Shown here piece after piece: positions 29,122 through 38,229 of a stretch of 64,000 nucleotides of DNA. Where the stretch lies: positions 76,768-140,767 of the forward strand of contig CAZPYM010000001.1 of NCBI GenBank assembly GCA_964590105.1, read 5' to 3'. The DNA is from an uncultured Gammaproteobacteria bacterium (GTDB lineage: Bacteria > Patescibacteriota > Patescibacteriia > UBA11705 > JABHMO01). The number at the start of each line of letters is the position of its first letter. Position 1 is the first letter of the stretch. The notes beneath the pieces are model-generated. The model was not told the origin of the DNA and made no database searches. It worked only from the letters and a program-made list of their open reading frames with translations. The translations under genes and the position numbers were made by a program.

Positions 29122-29754
29122 ATGATATATAGTGATAACAAGAAGAATAATATGTTAAAAACAATTTGTCTGTTTGGCGACAGCATTGCCTGGGGTGCGT
29201 GGGATCCGGAACGCGGCGGCTGGGGCGCTAGGCTTCGAAATTATTTTGAAACTAATGATATTGAAATACCTTTTTATAATTGCGGAGTGGCCGGCGACAA
29301 TACTGATTACCTGTTGGAAAGATTCAAAGTTGAGGCCGAGGCGCGCGAGCCGAAAATCATTATTTTTGCCATCGGTCTTAATGATTCCTCGTATATTGAT
29401 TCAAAAGATAATTTGTTTGTGCCGATGAAAAGGTTTGAAAATAATTTGCGCGAATTAATATCGCAGGCAAAAGAAATTACGGACACAATAATTTTTGTCG
29501 GGCTGACAAAAGTTGACGAGGAAAAAACTATGCCGACTTCATGGGATGAAACAAAAAATTACGATGAAGAAAACGTGAAATTGTATGATTTGAAAATTAA
29601 AGAAATTTGCGATAAGGGCGGCTTGTTATTTGTGCCGGTGTTTGACTTGCTGGAGAAGGGCGACCTTGAAGACGGCCTGCATCCGAATTCAGCCGGACAT
29701 CAAAAAATGTTTTTGCGGATAAAAAAGTTTTTGTTTTCCGAGAAGATTATTTAA
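29122..29754 (+). CDS. SGNH/GDSL-family hydrolase
   Basis: GDS block (LFGDSIAWG), GxND block, and a C-terminal DGLHP catalytic His. Confidence 0.7.
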   Translation: MIYSDNKKNNMLKTICLFGDSIAWGAWDPERGGWGARLRNYFETNDIEIPFYNCGVAGDNTDYLLERFKVEAEAREPKIIIFAIGLNDSSYIDSKDNLFVPMKRFENNLRELISQAKEITDTIIFVGLTKVDEEKTMPTSWDETKNYDEENVKLYDLKIKEICDKGGLLFVPVFDLLEKGDLEDGLHPNSAGHQKMFLRIKKFLFSEKII

Positions 29755-29822
29755 TTTAAGTTGTAAGGTTTATCAATGTTATTTACATTTTGAGCTGATT
29801 GTCTTCTGTGGGCCTTCGGCGA

Positions 29823-29848
29823 GTTACTTTTTGGCAGCAAAAAGTAAC
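29823..29848 (+). other. 10-bp perfect hairpin GTTACTTTTT-GGCAGC-AAAAAGTAAC in the murC leader; a near-identical hairpin recurs in the secA leader (34431..34457)
   Basis: Direct inspection; part of a ~180-nt GC-rich structured leader (29790..29975). Confidence 0.4.
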
Positions 29849-29980
29849 CACCCTTCGACTCCTTCCGTCGCTCAGGGTGACACAGAGGCACAAAAGGGCG
29901 AACGAAGTTTATGCTGAGCGGAGCGAAGTGCCCCGGACCCCGTGGAATGAAATGTATTGTTCACTGATTTTTAAAACATT

Positions 29981-31345
29981 ATGAATTTAGAGAATACAAA
30001 AAAAGTTTTTATAAGCGGCATTGGCGGCATCGGCGTTTCAGCCCTGGCGCGGTTTTTTATTAGCAAAAGAATTGAAGTTGTTGGCTCTGATTCAGAAAAG
30101 TCGGAGATAACTGAAGCGTTGGAAAAAAGAGGCATTAGAATTTATTACGATCAAAAAGCGGAAAATGTTACTTTTGCCAATGACTTGTTTGTTTATTCGG
30201 CAGCTGTTCCTCTTGATAATCAGGAAAGAAAAAAGGCCAAAGAACTCGGGCTCCCGCAAAAAAGTTATTTTGAAGTTCTGGGCGAGATCAGCCGGCTTTA
30301 TAACACGGTGGCGGTTTCCGGCACTAATGGCAAATCAACAACCACGGCCATGATTGCCGGCATTTTGCTCAAGGCTAGGAAAGATCCGACCGTGATCCTT
30401 GGCTCTTGTTTTGAAAAGTTGGACAACAATTTTCGCGCCGGCGCGTCAGACCTTTTTGTTGTCGAGGCCTGCGAATATCGGGCGCACATGCTCCTGCTTC
30501 ATCCTCAAACAATCGTTCTGACAAATATTGAGGAGGATCATTTGGATTTTTACAAAGACATCAATCATATTGTGCAGACATTTCAACAGTATGTAAAAGG
30601 GCTTCGTTCGGAAGACAATTTATTGGTAATGAACAGCGATGATGTAAATATCCGGAAAATGGCTTTGCCGAAATGCAAAATTGTGCGATTCGGATTGATC
30701 GGCGGCACTGACGTGTGGGCTGACAATATCCGCAAATTGCCGGGTAAGCAAATTTTTAATGTTATTTATTACGGCCAAAATATCGGTGAATTTGAGCTCA
30801 GCGTGCCGGGTGATTTTAATATTTATAATGCGCTTGGCGCCATTGCCTATTGCCTGACTCTGAATATTTCGATTGGCGAGGTGAAAGAAGCGATTCGCGA
30901 GTTCAGGGGAATCTGGCGGCGATTTCAAATTATCAAAGACAAAGAAATAACTGTGATTTCTGATTACGCTCATCACCCGACCGCTATTAGAGAAACAATT
31001 AAGGGCGCACGGGAATTTCTACCGGGCCGCCGCGTGGTGGCGGTTTTCCAGCCGCATCAGCGCGATAGAACAAAAAAGCTATTGGCTGAATTTGCCAAAA
31101 GTTTTGATTTGGCTGATGCAGTGATTTTGTCGGAAATATATGATGTTGCCGGCCGCGAGCAGGAGATTGCTATTAGTTCAAATGATTTGGCGGGGATTAT
31201 GAAAAAAGAAAAACCAAGTAAGCAGATATTTTTTGTCAAAGATCTGAATGAAACAAAAGAAAAAATTAAAGAGATTGTAAAAGATGAAGATATTGTTTTG
31301 GTAATGGGGGCGGGGGATATTTATAAGATTGTTAAGGAAATTTAA
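29981..31345 (+). CDS. murC: UDP-N-acetylmuramate--L-alanine ligase
   Basis: ISGIGGIGVSALARFF Rossmann N-terminus, Mur ligase Walker A GTNGKSTT, and a C-terminal Mur domain. Confidence 0.8.
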   Translation: MNLENTKKVFISGIGGIGVSALARFFISKRIEVVGSDSEKSEITEALEKRGIRIYYDQKAENVTFANDLFVYSAAVPLDNQERKKAKELGLPQKSYFEVLGEISRLYNTVAVSGTNGKSTTTAMIAGILLKARKDPTVILGSCFEKLDNNFRAGASDLFVVEACEYRAHMLLLHPQTIVLTNIEEDHLDFYKDINHIVQTFQQYVKGLRSEDNLLVMNSDDVNIRKMALPKCKIVRFGLIGGTDVWADNIRKLPGKQIFNVIYYGQNIGEFELSVPGDFNIYNALGAIAYCLTLNISIGEVKEAIREFRGIWRRFQIIKDKEITVISDYAHHPTAIRETIKGAREFLPGRRVVAVFQPHQRDRTKKLLAEFAKSFDLADAVILSEIYDVAGREQEIAISSNDLAGIMKKEKPSKQIFFVKDLNETKEKIKEIVKDEDIVLVMGAGDIYKIVKEI

Positions 31346-31346
31346 T

Positions 31347-31385
31347 GCGAATATGCTTATCTGCGAATGCCGCGAATATGCGAAT
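31347..31385 (+). repeat. array of four GCGAAT(A) heptamer repeats immediately after murC
   Basis: TGCGAATATGC…TGCGAATGCC…CGCGAATATGC…GCGAATAGC. Confidence 0.5.
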
Positions 31386-31478
31386 AGCACAATGGAAGAA
31401 GCCTTCGCGCAAGTGATTAGTTCTTGTAGCAATTTGTGTATTCGCGGCATCCGCATGATCTATAATTCGCATAACTAT

Positions 31479-31866
31479 ATGGATGAAGATAAAATAATAC
31501 ACAAGCAATTATCCTACGATATTAATGGGTTATTATTTCGAGTTCATAATGAGCTTGGTAAATATTGCAATGAGAAGCAGGTCGGCGACTTGCTCGAGCA
31601 GTTTTTAAAAGAGGAAGGGTACAATTATGAAAGAGAAAAAAATTGTTCCGCCGTTATTTGAGAATGAAAAGCCAGGACGCAACCGTGTTGATTTTGTGAT
31701 TGAAAGTAAAGTTGTTATAGAGCTTAAAGTAAAGAGAATTTTATCTCGTGAAGACTATTACCAGCTTCGTCGATATTTAAAAGCATTGAATTTTAAATTA
31801 GGGATATTGGTAAATTTTCGTAGCGATTATTTAGCGCCAAAAAGAGTTTTAAATTCAATAGCTTAG
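31479..31866 (+). pseudogene. GxxExxY-family PD-(D/E)xK protein (PDDEXK_3-like) split by a frameshift in an A7 run
   Basis: N-part …LFRVHNELGKYCNEKQVGDLLEQFLKEEGYNYEREK and C-part KPGRNRVDFVIESKVVIELKVK…YYQLRRYLKALNFKLGILVNF match the family end to end. The reading frame changes at gagaaaaaaattg (31631..31642). Confidence 0.55.
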
Positions 31867-31874
31867 CTTTAACT

Positions 31875-31929
31875 ATTCATCTATTCGTTTATTCGCATAT
31901 TTGCATCATTCGCATAGTCTCTAATTCGC
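31875..31929 (+). repeat. array of ATTCGCA(T) repeats, the inverse of the upstream GCGAAT array
   Basis: ATTCGCATAT, CATTCGCATAG, TAATTCGCATAA plus two degenerate copies; one more copy overlaps the -10 at 31461..31471. Confidence 0.5.
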
Positions 31930-32103
31930 ATAAACCATATGGAGGAGTTAGCTCGAAAAAAAGGAAGATTAAAAAAGCAACAAAAAAAGAAATTGGCTAA
32001 ATCATCAAGTACGCTGGCGGGTCAGGCGTCAAGAATGAAAACAGCCAAAGGATATTTCGGTCGGCGCGAGGCAGGCGTTAAAATTAAGTTTGATTAAGTT
32101 GAA

Positions 32104-33072
32104 ATGGCTTGGTATAATATGGATATGAAAGAGCAATTAATGAAAAAAATAGGTCTGGAAGTTTTGGAAAATGAATTATTGGCAAATTACACTACTTTTA
32201 AAATTGGCGGCCCAGCCAAATTTTTTGTTAGAGTGAACAACAAAGCTGATTTATTTAAGACATTAAAAGCAGTCAAGGAATTTGATCTGCCTTTTTTTAC
32301 TTTGGGTGGCGGCAGTAATGTCCTCGTGGCGGACAAAGGTTTTGATGGTCTAGTTATCAAATTGCATGACGGGCAGGCTGAATTTTCCGGGCAAACTGTT
32401 AAAATTTTTGCCGGCCATAGCTGGGCCGGATTGATTCGGGAATGTGTAAAAAAGGGGCTTGGCGGGCTGGAATTTGGCGCCAATATTCCGGGCACGGTTG
32501 GCGGTGCTGTTTACGGCAATGCGGGAGCCTATGGCAAGGGAGCCGGCGATTATATTCAAAGCGTGGAAGTCATTTGTCTGGATGACAATGAAATCAATCT
32601 TAAAATTTTAACCAAAGATGATTGCGCGTTCAATTACCGCGACAGTATTTTTAAAAAACATAAAGATTGGATTATCAGTGAAATTGTTTTTAAGCTTGAG
32701 CGCGATGAAAAAGCCATTGAAAAATTAAAACAAATTGAAAATGAATGGCAGAGTCGCTGTGACAAACAGCCACTGAATCTTCCGAGCGCCGGTTGTTCAT
32801 TCAAAAATGTCATATATACCGGCGAGCTTGATCGTTTCAAAGAATGGGAAATAAAGGGCAAATTGCCGGCCGCCAAGTTTATTGAAGATGCGGATTTAAA
32901 GGGTATGAAAATTGGCGGTGCCTTGGTTTCCGATAAGCACGCAAATTTTATTGTTAATACCGGCAATGCCAAAGCGGACGATATTGTCCAGCTGATCAGC
33001 GTGATCAAAACCAGAGTGCGCAATGAGTTTGGCGTTCAGCTGGAAGAAGAGATTCAGTATGTGGGGTTTTGA
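32104..33072 (+). CDS. murB: UDP-N-acetylenolpyruvoylglucosamine reductase
   Basis: FAD-binding domain (TTFKIGGPAKFF…GGGSNVL) and a C-terminal MurB domain; the exact start is uncertain (32104, 32119 or 32125). Confidence 0.8.
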   Translation: MAWYNMDMKEQLMKKIGLEVLENELLANYTTFKIGGPAKFFVRVNNKADLFKTLKAVKEFDLPFFTLGGGSNVLVADKGFDGLVIKLHDGQAEFSGQTVKIFAGHSWAGLIRECVKKGLGGLEFGANIPGTVGGAVYGNAGAYGKGAGDYIQSVEVICLDDNEINLKILTKDDCAFNYRDSIFKKHKDWIISEIVFKLERDEKAIEKLKQIENEWQSRCDKQPLNLPSAGCSFKNVIYTGELDRFKEWEIKGKLPAAKFIEDADLKGMKIGGALVSDKHANFIVNTGNAKADDIVQLISVIKTRVRNEFGVQLEEEIQYVGF

Positions 33073-33231
33073 AGTCGTATGTGAGAAGTGATAAGTGAAA
33101 TTGAAAGAAAAGATCGCAACCCCAATTTCTAGTTTCCAATTTCCAATTATATGTACCATCGTTCAATACTGCGAGCTGTTCTTAATTACAAAATTAATAT
33201 TGTAATTAAAGTTTTGATTTTTTCGGATTTT

Positions 33232-33765
33232 ATGATTTTTGCGGCCAGTAATTTACTGTCGCCGATTTTTGCCATTTTTATCATTAGCAGGATCCCTAGC
33301 GCCGGTCTGGAGACGGTTGGTCTTTGCGCGGCAATTTATTTTATTTCAAAGGCCGTCTTTGAATTGCCGGTCGGCCGGTTTATTGACAAAACGCGCTCAG
33401 AAAAAGACGATCTGTATACCGCGCTTTTGGGAACGATTTTAACGGCCGCGGTATATCTGGCTTATATTTTCATTAATTCAACCTGGCAGCTGTATCTCAG
33501 CAACATAATTTTGGGCGCCGGAGCCGCTCTGGCCTATCCCGGTTGGTATTCAATTTTTACCCGGCATGTTGATACAGACAAAAAAGGCGTTGAGTGGAGT
33601 CTGTATGATGTGATGATGGGTCTCGGAATGTCAATTTCCGCCGCGCTTGGAGCTTTTATTGCGGATTATTATGGGTTTAATGTTCTGTTTGTTCTAATCT
33701 TTGTCTTTACCGTGATTGGTGCATTATTACTGCTTTCAATAAAAAATAAAATTTACACCAGATGA
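33232..33765 (+). CDS. 6-TM MFS-like half-transporter (possibly a truncated MFS permease)
   Basis: Six hydrophobic helices and a GRFIDKTR-type MFS loop motif; only half the length of an MFS permease. Confidence 0.45.
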   Translation: MIFAASNLLSPIFAIFIISRIPSAGLETVGLCAAIYFISKAVFELPVGRFIDKTRSEKDDLYTALLGTILTAAVYLAYIFINSTWQLYLSNIILGAGAALAYPGWYSIFTRHVDTDKKGVEWSLYDVMMGLGMSISAALGAFIADYYGFNVLFVLIFVFTVIGALLLLSIKNKIYTR

Positions 33766-33820
33766 TTTTAGCGGGATGGATGTCGGTTAAAATATAAATC
33801 GCATTAATAACAAAATAATT

Positions 33821-34117
33821 ATGCAAATCAACATCAAGGCAACCAACATTGAGCTTACCGCCCCGATCAAGGCGCACGTGAATGAAAAATTCAGTTCTCT
33901 GGACAAGTATTTTAATAATATTCAGCTGATTGACATCGAGATCGGCAAAACCCGCAAGAATCAGCAAAAAGGCGACATCTTTTTTTGCGAGGCCAATGTC
34001 AGCGTGCCGCGAAAATTACTGCGCTTCCGCAAAGAGTTTTCCGATTTAATCAAGGCGATAAATGAGGCAAAAAAGGGAATTCAGAATGAAATAACAAAAT
34101 ACAAGGATAAGCTCTAG
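33821..34117 (+). CDS. hpf: ribosome hibernation promoting factor (short HPF/RaiA type)
   Basis: MQINIKATNIELTAPIKAHVNEKF… canonical HPF N-terminus. Confidence 0.75.
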   Translation: MQINIKATNIELTAPIKAHVNEKFSSLDKYFNNIQLIDIEIGKTRKNQQKGDIFFCEANVSVPRKLLRFRKEFSDLIKAINEAKKGIQNEITKYKDKL

Positions 34118-34152
34118 TTGATAACGATAACAATTTAATTTAATTATAATAA

Positions 34153-34181
34153 ACCGTCGCCATTGCGGCGGTTTGTTTATT
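34153..34181 (+). terminator. intrinsic terminator after hpf
   Basis: ccgtcgc-catt-gcggcgg followed by tttgtttattt. Confidence 0.55.
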
Positions 34182-34576
34182 TCCGGGCGGATATACTGGG
34201 TATTCAAAGTGTTGTTTTATTCATTGTTCATAGAGGCAGTTTTATAATTTTTACGAGTAATACTTATTTAGCCGGTGGGGGTTTGGGGGTAAATTGCTGA
34301 GCCAGTGGCCGTGGCTGTCGTACGAAGCAACATCAACGTGCTGTCTAGTATTGAGCACACTAACGTGACGAGGAGGAGTGAGAACCACGAAAAAGATGCT
34401 CTGACGCGAATCAATTATCCCCCAAACTTTTGTTACTTTTGGTTACAAAAGTAAACACAGGTATTGAAATTGCGCTAATGACAGGAGGGGTGCTGTTTTT
34501 TGTTTGAAAACAACGGACACTTGTTTTTTGGCTTGAAAAATGCTAGAATGCTGGTATTGATTTAGAAAAAAATAAT

Positions 34577-37336
34577 ATGTTTAAAAAGTTTTTTAAAGAT
34601 CCAAACCAAAAAGTGCTGGATAAAATGCAGCCAATGGTGGATAGCATCAACGCGCTTGAAGCTGAAATAGAAAAATTGACTGACGAAGAGCTGAAGCAGA
34701 AAACCGAGGAATTAAAAGCGCAAATAAAATCAGGAAAAACACTTGACGATATAATGGCGCCTGCTTTTGCCGTGGCGCGAGAAGCCAATCGTCGGACAAT
34801 TGGGATCAGGCACTATGATGTTCAGCTTATCGGCGGCATAGTCCTGCACCGCGGTGAAATAGCGGAAATGAAAACCGGCGAGGGAAAAACTCACGTGGCC
34901 GCCCTGGCTTTGTATTTAAACGCGCTGGCCGGCAAAGGCGCGCACTTGATCACGGTAAATGATTATCTGGCTCAGCGCGACGCCGGCTGGAACGGCCCGG
35001 CCAATCACTTGCTCGGGCTTTCGACCGCTTGTCTTATCAATCAGCAGGCGCTTATTTACGATCCTGAATATATTAATGAACAAACAAAAGACAAACGTAT
35101 TCAGCAACTTCGTCCGTGCACGAGAAAAGAAGCATATCTGGCCGACATTACCTACGGCACCAATAGCGAATTTGGTTTTGATTATCTGCGTGACAATATG
35201 GTTCCGCGACTCGATGATCAGGCGCAACGCTCATTGTATTTTGCGATTGTGGATGAAGTTGACTCAGTTTTAATTGACGAGGCAAGGACGCCTTTGATTA
35301 TTTCCGCTCCGGCCGAAGAATCAGCCAAGCTTTATCAAAAATTTTCTCAATTAGTGCCGCGCTTGGTGGAAAACCGTTCAATCGGGCCAAATCCAAAAGC
35401 TGAGCAGACAATAACCGGCGAAGGCGATTATAATGTTGATGAAAAAATGCGCACCGCGACTCTGACAGACAAAGGAATCGCCAAAGTTGAAAAAATGCTG
35501 GGCATTGGCAATATTTATAATGAAGGCGGAATCCAAATGGTGCATCATCTGGAGCAGGCTCTGAATGCGCACGCGCTCTACAAACGTGACCGGGATTATG
35601 TTGTGAAGGACGGTGAAGTGATTATTATTGACGAATTTACCGGCCGGCTGATGCATGGACGGCGATATTCTGAAGGACTGCATCAGGCGATCGAAGCTAG
35701 AGAGGGCGTTGAGGTGCAAAAAGAAAGTCGGACACTGGCGACCATTACTATTCAAAATTATTTTCGCATGTATGAAAAATTGTCTGGCATGACCGGCACG
35801 GCGGCTACGGAAGCGGAAGAGTTTTCTAAAATATACAAATTGGACGTGACTTTGATTCCGACCAACAGCCCGATAATTCGAAAAGATCTTCCTGACAGAA
35901 TTTATTCTTCAGAACAAGGAAAATTCCAAGCGGTTGCCCGTGAGATCAAGCGCCTGCATGAAAAAGGCCAGCCGGTTCTGGTGGGTACGATTTCCATTGA
36001 AAGAAATGAAGTCTTGTCCGCGCTATTGAAAAAAGAGGGCATTCCGCATGAATTGCTCAATGCCAAAAATCATGAAAATGAAGCGCAAATTCTGGCGCAG
36101 GCTGGACGCGAGGGCGCGGTAACCGTGGCGACCAATATGGCCGGACGCGGCGTGGATATCAAGCTTGGTGGCGATGGCGCTTCAGAAGAAGAACATGAAA
36201 AAGTTAAAAATCTCGGCGGGCTCTTTGTGCTCGGCACGGAAAGACACGAAGCCAGGCGCATAGACAATCAGCTCCGTGGCCGCAGTGGCCGACAGGGCGA
36301 TCCTGGAGCTTCTCAATTTTATATTTCACTTGAGGATGATCTGATGCGCATTTTCGGATCCGAAAGAATAAAAAATATAATGCAGCGCCTCGGCGTGCCG
36401 GAAGATCAGCCGATTGAAAATAAATTTATTTCGAGCGGCATTGAAAAAGCGCAACTCCGAGTTGAGGGCAATAATTTTGATGTTAGGAAACATTTGGTTG
36501 AATATGATGACGTGATGAATAAACAGCGCGAAATTATTTACAAAAGAAGAAAAGAAATTTTGCGGTCAGCGGCGAAAAATCCGGAAAGTTCAAAAAAAGT
36601 AATCTGGCAGCTGATTGAAGGCGAAATAGATCAGTTGGTTTCTTTTCATACAGCCGGCGCAGATCAAGCGCAATGGAATTTACAGGAAATTTGCGAAGTG
36701 GCTGGAACTATTTTCCCTTTTACCGGCGATTCCTGCGCTACAATTGAAAGCATAGAAAAAATTGCCGGCGATAGGGCGCAGGATGCGGTGGCCAGAACGA
36801 ATATTATAAATTTTTTACTTAAAATCGCCAAGGAACAATACGAACTGTTGGAGAAAAGTGTAATTGAGAGGACCGGCAACGTGGAAAATATGAGAATGGT
36901 TGAACGCGAAGTAATGATTCGCAGTATTGATAATTTGTGGGTTGATCATCTGGATGCTATTAACGCGCTACGATCTGGAATTGGTTTGCGTGGCTATGGC
37001 CAGCGAGATCCGCTGATTGAATTTCAAAAAGAATCATACCGGATGTTTACGCAGCTGCAAAATTTGATTCAAAAACAAGTTGTTTACACTATCTTTAAAA
37101 TAAGTTTTGCCGGCCAGATGGCCGCGTCGGTCATGCAAGATCAAAACGCGCGCACGAGCGATATCAAGAGCGATTCGCAATTCAAAAACACGGGAGCTGA
37201 TCCGTATGCCCGGGCCCGCAAATCAGATGCGCCGATTATTACGCCAAAAACCCGCGATTCTTCCGGCGATAAAGTCGGCAGAAATGATCCGTGTCCATGC
37301 GGAAGCGGAAAAAAATATAAAAAGTGTTGCGAGTAA
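34577..37336 (+). CDS. secA: preprotein translocase ATPase SecA
   Basis: Full-length SecA with DEAD motor motifs and a C-terminal zinc finger CPCGSGKKYKKCC. Confidence 0.9.
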   Translation: MFKKFFKDPNQKVLDKMQPMVDSINALEAEIEKLTDEELKQKTEELKAQIKSGKTLDDIMAPAFAVAREANRRTIGIRHYDVQLIGGIVLHRGEIAEMKTGEGKTHVAALALYLNALAGKGAHLITVNDYLAQRDAGWNGPANHLLGLSTACLINQQALIYDPEYINEQTKDKRIQQLRPCTRKEAYLADITYGTNSEFGFDYLRDNMVPRLDDQAQRSLYFAIVDEVDSVLIDEARTPLIISAPAEESAKLYQKFSQLVPRLVENRSIGPNPKAEQTITGEGDYNVDEKMRTATLTDKGIAKVEKMLGIGNIYNEGGIQMVHHLEQALNAHALYKRDRDYVVKDGEVIIIDEFTGRLMHGRRYSEGLHQAIEAREGVEVQKESRTLATITIQNYFRMYEKLSGMTGTAATEAEEFSKIYKLDVTLIPTNSPIIRKDLPDRIYSSEQGKFQAVAREIKRLHEKGQPVLVGTISIERNEVLSALLKKEGIPHELLNAKNHENEAQILAQAGREGAVTVATNMAGRGVDIKLGGDGASEEEHEKVKNLGGLFVLGTERHEARRIDNQLRGRSGRQGDPGASQFYISLEDDLMRIFGSERIKNIMQRLGVPEDQPIENKFISSGIEKAQLRVEGNNFDVRKHLVEYDDVMNKQREIIYKRRKEILRSAAKNPESSKKVIWQLIEGEIDQLVSFHTAGADQAQWNLQEICEVAGTIFPFTGDSCATIESIEKIAGDRAQDAVARTNIINFLLKIAKEQYELLEKSVIERTGNVENMRMVEREVMIRSIDNLWVDHLDAINALRSGIGLRGYGQRDPLIEFQKESYRMFTQLQNLIQKQVVYTIFKISFAGQMAASVMQDQNARTSDIKSDSQFKNTGADPYARARKSDAPIITPKTRDSSGDKVGRNDPCPCGSGKKYKKCCE

Positions 37337-37342
37337 TGTTTT

Positions 37343-37741
37343 TTGAAAAATATGCTCAATAAAAAATTACCAAAAATTATAAAGAATATTGGTTTTGATT
37401 TTGATTGGAGTGAGAACAAAGTTTGGGCACTTGATTTTCCGGTCGAAGAAATGTTGCTTTCGGATTTGGCCTGGCATTTTGACATACCATTTTGGGATTT
37501 TTCGGATGATAGTTATAATCTCTCGCCCAATCAAGTTATTTCCGACCCTGAAAAGTACAAAATTGAATATGATCGGACAATGAAAGCTGATTTGTCATAT
37601 CCAATTGATATTATGGAAAATAAAGGGCGTTGGTTGATACTTGATGGCCTGCACCGGCTTGTTAAGTTGAAAATTCTCGATTACAACAAAGTTAGTGTCA
37701 GAAAAATACCAAGGACAGAAATTCCGAAAATTCAAAAATAA
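37343..37741 (+). CDS. ParB/Srx-like nuclease-domain protein
   Basis: WLILDGLHRL matches the ParB_N/sulfiredoxin DG(H/L)HR motif. Confidence 0.5.
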   Translation: MKNMLNKKLPKIIKNIGFDFDWSENKVWALDFPVEEMLLSDLAWHFDIPFWDFSDDSYNLSPNQVISDPEKYKIEYDRTMKADLSYPIDIMENKGRWLILDGLHRLVKLKILDYNKVSVRKIPRTEIPKIQK

Positions 37742-38229
37742 TTTTACTGTATATTTTTAAAAATTTATTTTATCAAATAAAAAAAACGAGCTATCCATTT
37801 ATACTTAGGATAGCTCTTGTGAACCTTGATCAGGAGGGCGCGTCCGAGCGACGCCGGGCAGGCGAGTGACAAACCTTCGTTCGGTTCAAAACAGTCTGTT
37901 TCAACCCGGCCGACCTGATCCCTTCCGCCCGGCTTCTGCATTGACGAAGCCTTTCGGAATCAGATGTATAATAGCATGGCTACTATGTTTTGTCAAGCTT
38001 AGGCGGCGTTGCTACAAACAGAAACCTTTTTGTACACAGAGAGGTTTTTTTGATTGTGATATAGTAAAATTATATGGCGGAATTATTTAAAGGAAATTAT
38101 TGGATCAAATCAACGCATTTGACGACTTTGAATTATGCTTGGTTTATGAATGTGGTTTTGTGGTTGCAAAATTAATTTAAATGAGCTAGAATATCTGCGA
38201 GTGCAATTCTTAAATTATTTATTGATTTT

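Noticed and set aside
34260-34470. tmRNA, SRP RNA or RNase P RNA in the hpf–secA spacer, and the same classes for the 9817..10952 RNA
   Set aside because: No tRNA-like T-arm/ACCA end or tag-peptide ORF for tmRNA. No GGAA-tetraloop/AGCAGCC domain IV for SRP RNA. No GGAAAGUCCGG (P4) or ACAGAAnCCGGCUUA for RNase P RNA. The only tRNA-like T-loops in the window belong to tRNA-Ser and tRNA-Arg.
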